A stretch of DNA of 64,000 bases from Torpedo marmorata (lineage: Eukaryota): assembly GCA_977017645.1 (NCBI GenBank), contig OZ360219.1, positions 104,036,001 through 104,100,000 on the forward strand. The letters are read 5' to 3'. This document shows positions 11,790-26,125 of this stretch, piece after piece (position 1 is the stretch's first letter; the number at the start of each line of letters is the position of its first letter). The translations under genes were made by a program, and so were the position numbers. Below the pieces are notes generated by a model. It ran no database searches, was not told where the DNA came from, and saw nothing but the letters and a program-made list of their open reading frames with translations.

Positions 11790-12195
11790 TTAGAATGCCT
11801 CAGAACTATTAGAGGGTTGTAAACTTGGCTCTTAGGATCACACACATCCCCTCCCTTCATCGACTCATTCTATACCTACCACTGCCTTGCAAAAGCAGCC
11901 CACATGTTAAAGACTCACCCAACCCCAGCCACACTCTCTTCACCACCAACTCCCATTTGGCAGAAGATTCATGAGTGTAAGATCATGCACCACCAGATTC
12001 ATAAACAGTTTCTTTCCCGCCATTATCAAACTCCTGAGTGCACTTCAAAATTATGTTGCCTTTGTTCCGTACCAACTGACCTCTCCTTGTAACTCTGCAC
12101 TTTTGCACTGTTGTACTATGTACGACGTGTCTCACTGGTCTGCTCGCAAAACAACCTCCATCTTACTCTATGTGACAATAAACATGAACTTGAAC
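11790..12195 (+). mobile_element. Old Rex1-like LINE 3' end
   Basis: Peptide TTRFINSFFPAIIKLL; tail GACAATAAACATGAACTTGAAC. Confidence 0.55.
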
Positions 12196-12853
12196 TACTA
12201 ATGCTATTCACAATTCTCTTTCACCTTTGGCAAGGAAGATATGATAATGATTGCAACTTTACCCCATTGGTACACATTTTCAATTCTGTAAGTTTATGCT
12301 CTGGTGTTCTCTTCACCTCCTTCCCCTTCTTTACTTCACTCCCTGAAGCACAGCACTTTGATCATTTTTGACACACCCCTTATTACCTCAAAGACAGATT
12401 GATGATAGTGTTTTCTGACTACTCACGCAGAAACTATCCTGGGATATTCTTCCATGTTAATGGCATTGGATAAATGAAAAGCATTGTTAATTGCAACAGC
12501 ACCCACAATAAACCTTGTACAACAGTCACTATTGTGGACTTTTCATTTTCCATGACTTCATAATCATCAAATAATTTTCAAACTATACCAAACGACACCA
12601 CATAAATGTGCTCTAAATGTTCCACTGAACTGCCAATTATCAGAACTACTCCTCCCACTCTACCACATAACTTAAAAACTTGCTTGAAGTAAGTGAGCTC
12701 ACACTCAGCAAGAGTCACAACTTTCAGATAAGCACGTTGAACAACTGTCATCCAAGATAACTTTAAGACTTGGACTTCCTTGGAAATTAATAAGTAGAAA
12801 CTCAACCATCTTAATTTAGAATTGCACTGCACTTGCTCCTACCAAAACAAGTG

Positions 12854-13198
12854 TAGTACAACTCCGATTATCCGAGATGGTCGGGACCGGGCCTATTTTG
12901 GATTAAAAAAAATTTCGGATAACTGGTCATTTTTTAAAAACAGCCCAGTAGCAACAGCAAATCACTTGTAACAGTGTTTCAACAACAACAAGGGAAGGCT
13001 TTTTAAGCATGAAATAATGTTTAATTCTCACAAAAAAACCTGAACAAAATAAGATAAGTCATTCGCCTTCGAAAATTTTCAGATAAATGAGGATTTCTGA
13101 TTTTTCAGAGCCAAACAGATGTCACTTCCGGGTCCAAAAAAAATTCAGATAAATGAGGATTTCGGATAATCCGATTTCGTATAATCTGAGTTGTACTG
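12854..13198. mobile_element. Tc1/mariner (Tigger/pogo-like) MITE
   Basis: TIRs (T)AGTACAACTCCGATTATCCGA / TCGTATAATCTGAGTTGTACTG followed by TA; internal GGATAA/AGATAA repeats. Confidence 0.7.
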
Positions 13199-14229
13199 TA
13201 TTCTTAAATTGCAGCAACTGCAGTCTTTTTGAAGTGGTATTACACGAGAGGTGATGTCAATTAAACTGAATCTAACAGCAAAATTGTGTCAGATTCAAGG
13301 CGATTGGCCACTGGAGGCACCAGTAAACTTTCTGGTAGAACTTGTCACAATCAAGTTCCATGCCAGAAAGCAAAGGAATTAGTCTCCAGGTGGATGGAAC
13401 AATGTCTCTGAGATTCTAGGCTCGGTTCTTGAGAAAAGAGAGTTGATGGGATCAGCAAACTTAATTCGAAATAAATACTCAAAATGTTTTCACTAAACAG
13501 CAGGTTTATTTGGGTGTGTAGTCTCAGCCAGAATTGAAGAAACACTGCACACCGAAATCACACTTGTTTTACTGTTTTGCATCATGTACATCTTGCATAC
13601 GACTTGCATCAATCACAGCCACGATAGTCAGTATTTACTGCAACAAATAAAAATGTAAACAGCAGAGAACAAAGCATGCTTTTTCAATGAAGGGCAGAGT
13701 TGCATTCCCATGAGACTTGCTAACCATACAGCAAAGCAATTGGATATTCTTCAGCAATCACTCAGGCAGAAAAGCACCCATGATTCAGCAATTATATCAC
13801 TGGAACTGAACCACTCACTAAATGGCTGACAATCATGGTTGTGAGATGACTTTATTTGGTGAGGCTTCTCATCAAAATTAAGTTTGGTCCAATGAAAAAA
13901 AAATCAGAGGCACTGCCAACTGGAGGATATGACAAGTGACATATGGGCTGGGCTGCAGTCGATACAGTAGGCCAATGGTTAAGTTGCTGAGCTAATATCT
14001 AGCCATCCATACTGATCTGGAGTTTAAAACCCAGCTGAAAAATTAAAGTAACTAAGTTGAAGGAAGTAAATGGTTACATTAAGGATATAAGAAGCAATGC
14101 TTGGGTGAAGTTACAGTTGATACTGTAGGATGACAATTAACATGCTGGACTGATAACTGCAACCCAAAAACAAATAAACACAAGGCAGATTGACAAGAAA
14201 TCAGTCAAGGAAAATCATATAGAAACAGG

Positions 14230-14410
14230 CCCTTCTGCCCACTCTTGCCCCATCAACTGGTATCAACATACCTCGACTCCACTTTGTTCCCTTGGTCCAG
14301 TCCCTTCCGACCTACATCTGTGATTCCTCACGTGCCCTCCTTCACTTCAACAACTTTCAGTTCCCTGGGCTCGACCACCACATTTTCACCATGGGCATCC
14401 AAACCCTTCA
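14230..14410 (+). mobile_element. PLE reverse transcriptase fragment
   Basis: LVQSLPTYICDS..FQFPG..IFTMGIQTLH resembles the PLE RT motif FTMDV.SLY. Confidence 0.55.
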
Positions 14411-16315
14411 CCCACTGACTCTGCCAATTATTAACACTGATATTAGGATTAGTGTAAGATTTCTTTTTTTCTTCATATCCATCAACTCCCTCAGATTTTA
14501 CCACTCACCTAATAGGAGAAAGTTACAGCAAATCACGCTTTTGGAACGTGGGAGGAAACTGGAGCACCCAGAGGAAACGCATGGGAACAATGTGCAAACA
14601 CAATACAGAAAACAGTATATTACAGGTGTCTAATGTATATGAATGGCATTCTTGTGGTGCTCTTCAATTTGCATTCTTCTTGACCTGCTTTCACCACCCT
14701 GATTGGTGTTATGCATTGCAATTCCCACAGGGGTGGGGTTCACATGCATTTGTCTGGTGCTGCACCTGGAATAAATGTAGGCTGCCTACATGTTGACCAA
14801 GGAGATCCGATTCTATAAAAATGGGCAAGATTTCAACCGGGATATCCATTGTATGGAAAGGCAACCAAAGATTCCCGGAAAAAAAACAATAGAAACACCT
14901 GTGGAAATAACAGTGATGACATAGACTGGGAAGAATTAGGTGACAAAATCCTTTGAAGTGGTAACAAAACTTGTGGGTCATGAATACCAAATAAACATTG
15001 TTCAATTAGATTTCAGCAAACCAAATCCAAAGTTTAAGTTTAGACAAAAAGTTTGGAAGGTATTGGTGGAGGATTTCTGAAATGCAGTTTTACTGGACTA
15101 AGATGGGAAGATATCCTGGGGAAGGGATAACTGATGGACAGATTCCTGGTGGGTGTACATCAGGAATGGAGTACCTGGTGGAGAACATCAGGGAAATAGT
15201 AAATGGTGGAAAGTCTCAGGAAGGGAGCAATAGTTTAAGTGCAAAAGGTTGTGCAAAGCATTGGATGGAATTGACAAGACCTTGCACATTTTGGGGGGAT
15301 TCAAAGTGCACTGCCCAATTCATATCTGAGATCAGGTTTAGTCAAGTAGGTGTTTTCCAAAGTGGCCTGCAGCCATGCCTTTCAAATCAATGTTGCGGTC
15401 AAAGAGTAGAAAGGAGAAGGTTTGGAAATGGAGCTTGAATGGAGAGCAAGCTTGGAGGCAAAGGTTTGGAGCCTATGGAGTATGGTGGTGAAGGAATCGG
15501 GGGATCTATGCCTTTCCCGAGGCGTGATATCAAAGTCTATGCTGTGGCTCAGTGGCCAGAGTGGAGGGGGGGGGGGGAGATGTGAGATCAGAACTTGCTT
15601 TGATGAGGATGTCGGGGTGTGGCAGAGAGACTGGAGCCTGAGTCTTGGGACACTGATGAAGGCAAGGTTGCAATTCAGCCATGATGCTCTTGAGGACTCC
15701 CAAGAGTACATTTGAGGATCAGAGGGTTGGGAGGAGTGAGTGGATTTTGGAAAAATCAGTCAAGGTAAATGTGGAAGTAACATGACCATTGTGGCATTGG
15801 AAGGAGACCATTTCCAGCTCTGTATACTGCCAGGATCCTCTCCATATTAGCATTCCATTCAGACACAAGAAAGTGGCCAAAAATACCATCTTTGCCCAGG
15901 TCCTCGATATTCATTCATGCATTAATTTTCCACTGAATTTGACTCAGGTCTGAAAGATCAAAAATTACTATTGGTGGGATCCTGCTTTGAACTAACTGAC
16001 TGCTGCATTTCCTGCAATGTGCTTTGTGTGCCCTGAGGCAGTGGAATGGATGCATTAATGCAAGTCCTTCTTCATGTTTTAATAAGTATGCATGAATTCT
16101 CCATGCAAGTAGGGAGAATCTGTTATTGAGCCGAAGTATTGAATACCCCATTGCGTTACACAGCCTCATGTGAACCACCCCACCCCACCCCCCCATCCTC
16201 TTCACCTATTCAATTTTAATTAACCTCCACCCACCAGTAATACTTGAACTGAAAATTTAAAATGAATTGACAGCCTGGAGCACCATGGGGGAGCAACTAA
16301 TTGGATCTGATATCT

Positions 16316-16819
16316 GTTATACACAAAAGTGCTGGAGAAACTCCATAGGAGGCAAAGATAATCAACGTTTCGGGCCTGAACCCTTCATCAAGGTATGAGT
16401 AAGAAGTAGGCAGCATAAAAAGTTGGGGGGAGAAGGAGCACAGGCTAATAGCTAAGAGGCCAGAGGTAGACATGGATATTTGGGCAGGAGAGTAAAGCTG
16501 AGAATTAATCGGGTGAGGGGGGATAGCTCTGAGAATGCAGAGCTGGAGGAAAGAATACAAAAGGATAGGAAAAGAGAGACAGGGAGGGGGCCCCCAAACA
16601 GAAACCGGAGAAGTTGATGTTAATGCCATCTGGTCGGAGGGTGCCCAGACGGAACATGAGGTGTTGTTCCTCCAATTTGCAGGTGACGTCAGCTCAGGCC
16701 CGACATATTGGTTAGACAGTATATCTTAGCTTCCTATGGTTGCTGTGGGACCTGTTGAGTTTCTACAACACTTTTGCGTGCAACTACAATCACAGCGTCT
16801 GCAGACTTTCTTGTTTCAC
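16316..16819. mobile_element. PLE remnant with inverted terminal repeats
   Basis: A minus-strand PLE 3' end is followed by a plus-strand pLTR. Flanks are TGGATCTGATATCT (16302-16315) and TGGATTTGATCTCT (16820-16833). Confidence 0.7.
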
Positions 16820-18133
16820 TGGATTTGATCTCTCCCTTTTTAAAATACTTCCTTCAAAAGAAGGCTGTCAAATTACCAACTTTGTTTCCAGCAGACTGCG
16901 TATTGAAACCAAATGTTTTAGTTCGCACAATTTCATACAAGGAATGAAAGGATTTGAATTTAACTCGTGCCATTCACATACCTTTGGATGCCAGTTGCAG
17001 AACATTAATTGCAGACAAATGTAGCAAACAATTTCTGCACACTGGCACTTAAATTAGATCACTGAATAAGACATGGAAAAGAGCTCTGGAGGAGCAAAAT
17101 CTTGATGGAAATTTGGAGCAGAAGCTGATGGTAATACTGTACTCATGAGGCAGGCAGCAGCAGGATGAGAGAGAGGCAGAGCAAAGGCTGCAGGTTAATG
17201 GTCATTCATTAGAAATAATCCCCAGTAACATGCGTTAAACACATTATAAAATAGGCTTCAGACAAATTTTGAATTTGATTCCATTGAAACCACTGGATCT
17301 GACTTTTGGAAATGGACTAAATCTACAGCATGTGATCAAGGTAAACTCCGAGCCTGCTTTATTAGCTCAGATCTCTAGATATTGTCATGGAATCATGTGC
17401 ATCTACTGACATTTCCAAAAAAGCGAAAGGAAGTATGCATAGACAATAAGTGATTTTGCACTGTCAATTTTTGACCAGGTAAATTAACACTAAAAGAAAC
17501 AGCCCATTCTATTTTTTTAACTGCATGCTCATGCATGATGCAAAAAAAACAAACCAATTATTTCCAAATGTTTTGACAGGGTGGAATGTCTGTCAATTGC
17601 TGACTGCCAAGTGAATTGAAAATGGGTCAATGCAAATGTATTCCTCTGCATATTGAAGGAGAACTAATTGACAAGGATATGTTGATGGAAGCTATGCAGA
17701 TGTGCATGCTGATTAGGACTCTGCTACTTTAGGCAACATTACAGAGGCAGGATGAGACCTCCCACCTCTGAAGGAAGAATAAATCAGTTGCTAGGGGGTC
17801 AGAGGGGGTGGTGTTGATGGTTGCATAGAAGATTGCTGTGCTATGCAGGGACATTGGGGCAGGTTGGCACCTGGGGCAAGGAGCTACAGCAGGATGGAAG
17901 GATGCTCAATGATCAATGGAATACAAACCTTCCACCTGCTCCCTGTATCAAAAATCCAATCAAAGCTTTTCTTTTTCCTCGGCATTCTGTATAATGAGAT
18001 TGGTCTGGCATTGCACATCCACACAGTGTTAGATTTTAGAACAGCAATGTATTCATTTTCTATCTCTCTTCTGTAATCAAGAAATTGAAAAAATGGAATG
18101 ATAGCCACCATGCCCGATGCACCTTGCAATGGG

Positions 18134-18475
18134 CCACACAGTGGTGCAGAGGGCCTCACAGCACTCACAATCCAGGTTCAATCCTCATCACTGGTGCTGA
18201 CCATGAAGGTGGAGTTTGCACCTTCTCCCTGTGACCATGGGGTGGGGGGGGAGGGTTGGGGGGGTGGATTTCGTCTGGTTTATTCCCACTTCCCAAATGG
18301 TTTGTGGGTTAATTGGCCACTGTCAATTACCCCCTAGTGTGTGGCTGAGTGGGGAGTGCCTTGGGGGAGCTGCTGAGAGCATGGGATGAATAAACGAGAT
18401 TGGTGTAGCTTTAATGGTTGCTGCAGACTCAGTGGGCAAAAGGGCTTGTTTCTGTAATGTATGGTTTTCCATCTG
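18134..18475 (+). mobile_element. Diverged HE1/V-SINE-like SINE
   Basis: B-box GGTTCAATCC and core GTGGAGTTTGCACCTTCTCCCTGTG. Confidence 0.6.
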
Positions 18476-18929
18476 AATAAAACACTGACATTTCTCTTTC
18501 CTCTCCAATGTCACTCAGCGTGACACTTTTGGGCAGGAATGGAACAGTTTGAATTAGTCATTACAATGAGACAGATCTTCCTCAGTGCCGTGCTTGCTGA
18601 TCACCTGCTCCCTTACTATACCATTCCCTTCAGGTGAGACCTGGAGCAGAGGTCACCTCCCAGCTTGTGGACATACCCCAGGGTAGCGCCAAGATCAAGT
18701 GGCCAGCTATTCTGACAGAATGGCTTCAAAAGCCAGCGAGGTCCAGCCCCTCAGGCTCACTGACTGATAAAGCTGTCAGTCAGAACCATTGGAATTCACA
18801 AGCACGTTTGTGTAGTACACTCATCCCCATAATCTGCAGACTTTCCTGTTTAATGGCATTCACAAGCATTTAAGATCACTTGAGACCTGTTTAAAAATCA
18901 AAATCAAATGTGAAAAATAAGTTAAAAGT

Positions 18930-19195
18930 CATAAGAATAGAAGAAATAGGAGCAGGAGTCAACCATCTGACCCGTCAAGCTTCCTCCCCCATTCAATAAG
19001 ATCATGGCTGATCTGTCCGTGGTCTGCCTTTTCCCCATAATCCTTAATTCTCCTTCAATACAAAAATCTAACACCTAAATATTTTTAATGTGGCAGCTTC
19101 TACTACTTCCTTGGCCAGAGAATTCCACAGATTCACTACTCCTTGGGAAATGCAGTTCCTCCTCATCTTCAGTCTAAATCTACTGCCCCAAATTC
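18930..19195 (-). mobile_element. CR1 LINE 3' end
   Basis: CATAAGAATAGAAGAAATAGGAGCAGGAG tail and GAATTCCACAGATTCAC (NLWNSL), shared with 44241-44745. Confidence 0.65.
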
Positions 19196-20267
19196 TGCTA
19201 TTTATGCTCATCTTTGTCCTGTGTTGATCTCTTCCATCAATTTATCAAAGCTGAAATGCTTGTGACAGGTTTAACAGGGTGCAGGTTGAGCAGGTGAGCT
19301 TCCAGCCTCGGAGGTGAGAAATGTGCAAAAGCTGGCTCGCTGCTGGTGAACTCACAGAGAGCCAAAAAGCAGGTGAACCATAGCTTAGCTAAGTGAATAG
19401 CTGTGCCAAAACCAGCCCACTTACAGCCTAATGTGCAAGCAAATCGCTGTGGATCATGATGGAAGAATGCCTCCATCACCTCCCCATTCTCACCACTGAA
19501 CCAAGTGTTAGATTTACAAGCAATCTACACACCTCAGGAATTTTGTTAGTTGAACCAAAGTTCTTCATCCCTGTATAGTCCAATTGCATGTGCCCTGTTA
19601 GTTGGAGGTCCAAATCTGAGTAAGAGTAAGAGAGTGTTGAAGCATGTTATAACACCAGTGTTTTGTGTCACATCAAAAAAAAATTAAAGGCCAGGATTCT
19701 GTGCTCTCCAACAGACCAGAACAAAAGATAAAGCAAGGATTCAGGCTAGTTCTTACCCCTGCCTCAAGGTCAACACCAAACATTGAAGGGTGGGCTTGCA
19801 ACAAGCTCCCAATGAGATCACCCTGATCAGCCATGATCTTGTTGCATGGCAGAGCAGCCTCAACAGGCCAGATGGCGAACTCCTGCTCCTATTTCTTATG
19901 TGGCCAGAGAGGCAGGGTTTTCATACAGATGCTGGTGAGTACGTGTAATGACCTGCCAGAAGAAGTGGGAGAGGCAGATACAATTACAAAATTTCGAAAG
20001 ACATTTGGATAGGGATGAGGGTAGGAAAGGTTCAGAGGGATATAGGCCAAATACAGGCAAATGAGATGAGTTCAGGCAGACACCTTGGGCAAGCTGTGTT
20101 GAAGGACCAATTTCCATGCTGTACGTCTCCATGACTCTTATCTTAACGGAACAATGAGATTTCCAATTATGCATTGCTCCCACAGTACTGACCTAGAGAT
20201 GTGGGTTTTAAACTCACAACCTCCTGACAGAAACAGAATGCCACCCACTGAGCCAAAAATCACATTA

Positions 20268-22002
20268 AATCAGAATCAGAATTTATTGTCATGAACAAGT
20301 CATGAAATTCGGTGTTTTGCGGCAGCATCATAGTGCAAACATTCATATTACAACCATCTTACGATATTACTATAAAAAATATATAAACAATAGTGCACGA
20401 AAAGTAAGGCAGTGTCTTTGGTTCATTGATTATTCAGGAATCTGATGGCAGCGGGGAAGAAGCTGTCCTTGTGCCATTCAGTGCTCGTCTTTAGGCTCCT
20501 GTACCTTTTTCCCGATGGTAGCAGAGTGAAGAGGTCATGGCCTGGGTGGTGAGGGTCTTTGAGGATAGAGGCTGCTTTTTTAAGACACCGCCTCATGTAG
20601 ATGTCCTCGATGGAGTGAAGTTTGGTGCCTGTGATGTCACAGGCCGAGTTAACAACCCTCTGGAGTTTATTCTTGTCCTGAGGGTTGGTGCCTCCATACC
20701 AGGCAGTGATGCAACCAGCCAGAATGCTCTCCACGGTACACCTCTAGAAGTTTACGACAGTCTTTGATGACATACCGAATCTCCTCAGACACCTCACAAA
20801 GTATAGCCGCTGGCGAGCCTTCTTTGTGATAGCATCAACGTGGAGACTCCAGGACAGATCCTCGGAGATGTTGACACCCAGGAATTTGAAGTTCTTGACC
20901 CTCTCCACTACTGAGCCCTCGATGAGGACTGGGTCGTGTTCCCCTGACTTCCTCCTGAAGTCCACAATCATCTCCTTGGTTTTGCCGATGTTGAGCGCAA
21001 GGTTGTTGTCGTTACACCATTCAACGAGCTGATCTATCTCCCTCCTGTACGCTTCCTCATTGCCGTTTGTGATTCTGCCGACAACTGTGGTGTCATCGGC
21101 AAACTTGTAGATGGCATTGGAATTGTGCCTGGCCACACAGTCATGGGTGTATAACTAGTAGAGCAGTGGACTAAGCACGCATCCTTGGGGTGCGCCTGTG
21201 TTGATAATCAGTGAGGAGGAGACGTTGTTTCCAATTCGTACTGACTGTGGTCTTCCAATGAGAAAGTCAAGGATCCAGTTGCAGAGTGGGGTACAGAGGT
21301 CTAGAGTTTGTAGCTTCTTGACCAACACTGAGGGAATAATGGTATTGAAGGCCGAGCTGTAGTCGATGAAGAACAGCCATATGTATGAATTGCTGTTTTC
21401 GAGGTGATCCAGAGCTGAGCGGAGAGCCAGCAATATTGCATTTGCTGTGGAGCGATTGTGACGTAGGCAAATTGCAGTGGGTCCAGATCTTTGCTTAGGT
21501 AGGTGTTAATTCTGGCCATGACCAGCCTCTCAAAGCATTTCATCACAGTAGAAGTTAGTCGTTGAGGCAGCTCACACTACTCTTCTTGGGTACCGGGATG
21601 ATTGATGCCCTTTTGAAGCAGGTGGGAACCTCTGACTGCCGCAATGAGAGGTTGAAAATGTCCGTGAACACTCCGGCTAGTTGGTTGGTGCAGATTTTCA
21701 ATACCCTGCCAGGTACATCGTCAGGGTCTGACGCCTAGTGAGGGCTCACCCTCTTGAATGATGTTCTGACGTCGCCCACAGAGACAAATATCACAGGGTC
21801 CTCAGCCTTTTCAGGGATTCTAGAAGGCACTGTTTGGTTCTTCTTCTCAAAGCAGGCATAGAAGGTGTTCAACTCATCGGGTAGTGAAGCATCACAGCCA
21901 TCTATTGTGTTCGCCTTCGCTTTGTAGGCTGTAATGGCCTGCACTCCCTGCCATAGCTGGCGTGTATCTGTCTCTGTCTCTAGCTTCCTCCGGAATTGCC
22001 AC
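20268..22002 (-). mobile_element. Rex1/Babar family A LINE, 5'-truncated and disrupted
   Basis: Near-identical to 8243-9992 with stops and small deletions; (ATTCTG)n tail. Confidence 0.92.
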
Positions 22003-22326
22003 CTAATAAACCACACCTACTCCTGAAACGTTATGATACTAAAAGTTTACATAACCCCAACTCAGTCAAAACCGAGCAACAATGGTGACACACTAAATTT
22101 GAGCATGTATCAGCTTTTATTACACAGCCAAAATGTACATCTTCAGCAACAATCTGCAGGAGGAACTCAGTGGGTTGAACAGCATCAGTCATAGAGAAAG
22201 AATGGTCTATGATTTGGCCTGCTTCAGCCTGCTGGTACCACACTAAGATACATTCTTATTCATCAACAAATTGATAACCAAATCTGTGTTGCCACACAGT
22301 CAGGTATTCAAAGCTGTTGATAAAGG

Positions 22327-22425
22327 AATACACAAAAGTGCTTGAGAAACTCAGCAGGTCACGCAGCATCTATCAGAAGCAAAGGGTAAGCAATGTTTCG
22401 AGCCCGTGCCCTTCATCAAAGTATG
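22327..22425 (-). mobile_element. Solitary PLE terminal-repeat fragment
   Basis: GAGAAACTCAGCAGGTCACGCAGCATC..GTTTCGAGCCCGTGCCCTTCATCAA matches the other pLTR copies. Confidence 0.6.
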
Positions 22426-22766
22426 ATGCTGAGGAAAGTGTGAAGTTGGTTAGATATAAAAATTTCAAGTCTAATATTGGAGCATTATTGGACAATTATT
22501 GGCCCTTCCATTCACCTGATACACTTCACACAACACAGTCATTGTTCTGTTTATAAAAATTGTATGATAAATTAATTGGAGAATTTTGAAAGAACTTCAA
22601 AATGATACACACAGTTTCCAACAGTACAATCATAACATCTCTTCATATAACTGGTCATTAACGTCTGGTATCTTTCTGACAAATCTTCTGTTTTCTCCAA
22701 GGCCTTGATACTCTTCCTAGAATCTGGTGTACAGAACTGGACACAACAGTGCAACTATTTATTTAT

Positions 22767-24077
22767 TTATTTTTTAAATATTTTATTTTAAATTTTGAAT
22801 TTTCTCACAGTAGTACAACATACGTAATATACATCATTAATTCCAGTAAATAAAAAACATAATTTGTATTACAGTGTATCTAACCCATCCCTTAACCCAC
22901 CCTCTATAATACTGCTACCCCACCATCCACCCTTCCCCTCCCTTTAATTCCCTCCCCTTACTAAAAAAACTTTTAAAAAAACAGAAAAGAAGGCATTGGT
23001 ATTACTTATTAAAAACATCTGTACGGATCGCTGCTGGGTCCACAGCTCGACTCATGGTATTCAACAATATTTATTCTTTAAATTTGAGAGAGTCAACAGG
23101 GTCTAGGATGTAGAGCAACACATTTAAATATTCATACCTAATGATTGGATATATGGACGCCAAATTTGCAAAAATATCCCATATTTATTTCTCATATTAT
23201 ATGTTATTTTTTCCAATGGAATACAACTCCACATCTCTATATTCCATCTATCCATGCCTAAATTTGTATCTGATTTCCAAGTTACTGCTATACACTTCCT
23301 TGCTACTGCTAAAGCAATTTTTACAAATTTCAATTGATATGTAGATAACTTCAACTTTGGTCTAGTTCCTTCCACATTCCCTAATAAAAATAAATCAGGA
23401 TTCTGTGGAAATGTAACACCTGTAATTTGTTTTAACCGGTTTCCTAACTCTATCCAAAAACATTTTACTTTAGGGCATAACCACGTTGAATGTAAAAAAA
23501 GTTCCCTCCACTTCACCACATCTAAAACACTTATTTGATAATGTAGATTTTATCTTATTCAATTTTTGTGGTGTAAGATATAGTTGATGTAAAAAACGTC
23601 ATTGATACAGAATAATCTTATACCTTTTACAAAAGATAATCAATTTTTAAATATATGGTCACAGAAAGGAATAAAGAAGATAAAAGATTGTTATGAAGGG
23701 AACCAATTGATTTTGTTTACACAATTACGAAACAAATATGGAATACCCAATAATATTCTTTATTGTTATTTTCAATTAAGAGGTTATTTAAGGGAAAAAC
23801 TAGGTCCGGATATATTGTTACAAGATTGTAGTGAGGTAGAAACCCTTATTAGGAAAGGAAATATGAAAAAATTTACTTCTGTAATATATTCTTTGTTACA
23901 AAGGGGAGCTTTAAAACAAGGACTTCATAAATCTAGACAAAGATGGGAGCAAGGTCTTAACGTTATAATTGATGAAAAAAGATGGTCGGATTTATGTCAA
24001 GATAGTATGACCAATACTATTAATGTAAGATATCGATTAGTACAGTATAATTTTTACATCAACTATATCTTACACCA
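22767..24077 (-). mobile_element. L1-clade LINE 3' fragment with 5' inversion
   Basis: ORF2 C-terminus (H..W.CP Cys-rich domain) on - to 23596, upstream ORF2 segment on + from 23597, TSD CAACTATTTATTTAT at 22752-22766 and 24078-24092. Confidence 0.85.
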
Positions 24078-25539
24078 CAACTATTTATTTATGAAAGATT
24101 GTAATGTTTTCCTTGCTTTTTACTCTTTTAAATTATAAATTTCAGACTTTAATCAAGGGGCAACTATCATTCCTCATTTAAAATCACAGAATATAGTAAA
24201 ACTCTGATAATCTTGAACCCTCAAGTTTGGTGTTGCTGTACTAGCAGATTTATGAAAAGATGTATGAAACTTTATTGCCATACACACAAGTACCACAGAC
24301 AGATGCACTGAGATTCTTCATGCTGCAGCCACACAGGTACGTAAAATTTTCTGGACTATTAGATATTGCTCCTATCAATACCAAACACATTTCCACTTCA
24401 ATTATTTTCTTTTTACATGTTACAAGATTGTATAATACATTTTCCAGTGAACCTCGTGATCTCAAAGAGAGTTGGGGGGGGGGGGGGCGGGGAAAGCACT
24501 TTGCACCCATCCATGGCTACAAGCTAACCCGGATAAGATGACGATGGCATCATAGTCACCAAACATATCATAGGAAAAAGGGACAATTCTTTTGCTCGTC
24601 TATTCAATGTACTGTTATTCCTGATCTCTGGTGTTCAGGACCCTGGTCCTGACCACACTTCTGACAAGTGTCTTAGCTGCACAGTCCACTTGCACTCTGG
24701 ACCTCTGCTTGAGAGTGAGCAAAATGCTGAACCATGGCAATTGCTGAACAATTGGATGCTGAATTATCAAAGTTTTAGTGTGCAGGTCCAGTCACCAAAT
24801 AACAGCGAAATTCTTTTGGCTGACCTCCTTTCCATAATTGATCTGCAAAGCTCCCATTCTGGTCGCAGACTGGAATAAGTCCAATGCTTTACTTTAGAGA
24901 CCCTTTGACCCAACACTTTCAGTCAGCAACAATACACCTGCATTTACCTTTGACCTCCGACTAAATAAACACCTAATTCTTGTGGTGACTTACAACAATC
25001 CTGCTCTGCAGAGCCAATAACAAGGTTCTGTTCATTTACAGGGCTCCAATGCCTTTAAGCAAACATCTTTGGGGAGGGTGGGGAGTTCACGGGCACATGA
25101 AAGAGACAGGTTACGGGAAATTGTAGGAGACTGGAATTAATGAGAATGCTCAGAGAGGTGGCATAGGCTCGAAGAGCTGAATGGCCTCCTGTTTCATGAG
25201 GAATACCAGATGGAATACGAGATGACCCACTCACAAAAAAAAAAATAGGCTCCATTCCTTTCTTATAAAATGCAATCATCATGTGCAGGCCAATTGTTCA
25301 GAAATGAAAAGGTAGATTTATACTTAATCAGACCCAAACCAACAAGCATCAAAAGACAGATAAATTAGTCTGGGTAACCTGAAGGTTGGTCCGTGATGTT
25401 GGTTTTAAAGTCTTTGGAGAGAAAATCAAGTGGATCTGGAGTTTCCTTCCTGAACGCAAGTCAAACCAGCCGCGAGTGATGATGTGAAGGAAGACCCAGG
25501 GCTTTTTGGGGACCACAAACTGTCTGCCCACTAAATACT

Positions 25540-25842
25540 TAAAGGCTTGAATAGAGTGGACATGGAGAATATGTTTGCAGTAGTGGGAGAGTCTAGGACC
25601 AGAGGGCAGTGCCTCAGAATAAAAGGACGTTCCTTCAGAACAGAGGCGAGGAAGAATTTATTCAGTCAAAAGATGTTGAATCTACGGAATTCTTTGCCAC
25701 AGATGACGGAGAAGTCCAAGCCACTGGATATATTTAAAGCAGAGTTTGATAGGTTCTTGATCAATGAGGGTGTCAAAAATTATGGGGAGAAGGCAAAATG
25801 GCAGAGCAGACTTGATGGGCCAAATGGCCTAATACTGCTCCT
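25540..25842 (+). mobile_element. CR1 LINE 3' end
   Basis: Peptide ESRTRGQCLRIKGRSFRTE.RKNLFSQ..LNLRNSLP. Confidence 0.75.
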
Positions 25843-25851
25843 TTTTAAAAA

Positions 25852-26068
25852 TAATTTAGACATACAGCACTGTAACAGGCCAATTCAGCCCTACGAGTCC
25901 GTGCCACCCAATTTACACGCCATTAACCTACACTCCGGTAGGTTTTTTTTTGAAGGGTGGGAGGAAACCGGAGCCCCCGGAGAAAACCCACGCAGACAGC
26001 ATGGGATTCGAACCCAGGTCCGGTCCCGATAGCTGGTGCTGTAAAGGCGTTGCGCTAACCGCTACGCC
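25852..26068 (-). mobile_element. HE1/V-SINE-like SINE
   Basis: GGGATTCGAACCC B-box on the reverse strand and the conserved core. Confidence 0.75.
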
Positions 26069-26125
26069 CTCCATCTCATAGTCATCATGGATCATTTTTA
26101 AAAATGCTCTGTCAATAAAAATGTT

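Noticed and set aside
15082-15900. Overlapping ~100-aa ORFs, possible exon
   Set aside because: No coherent protein or splice sites. It is probably a very old LINE remnant that I cannot classify.
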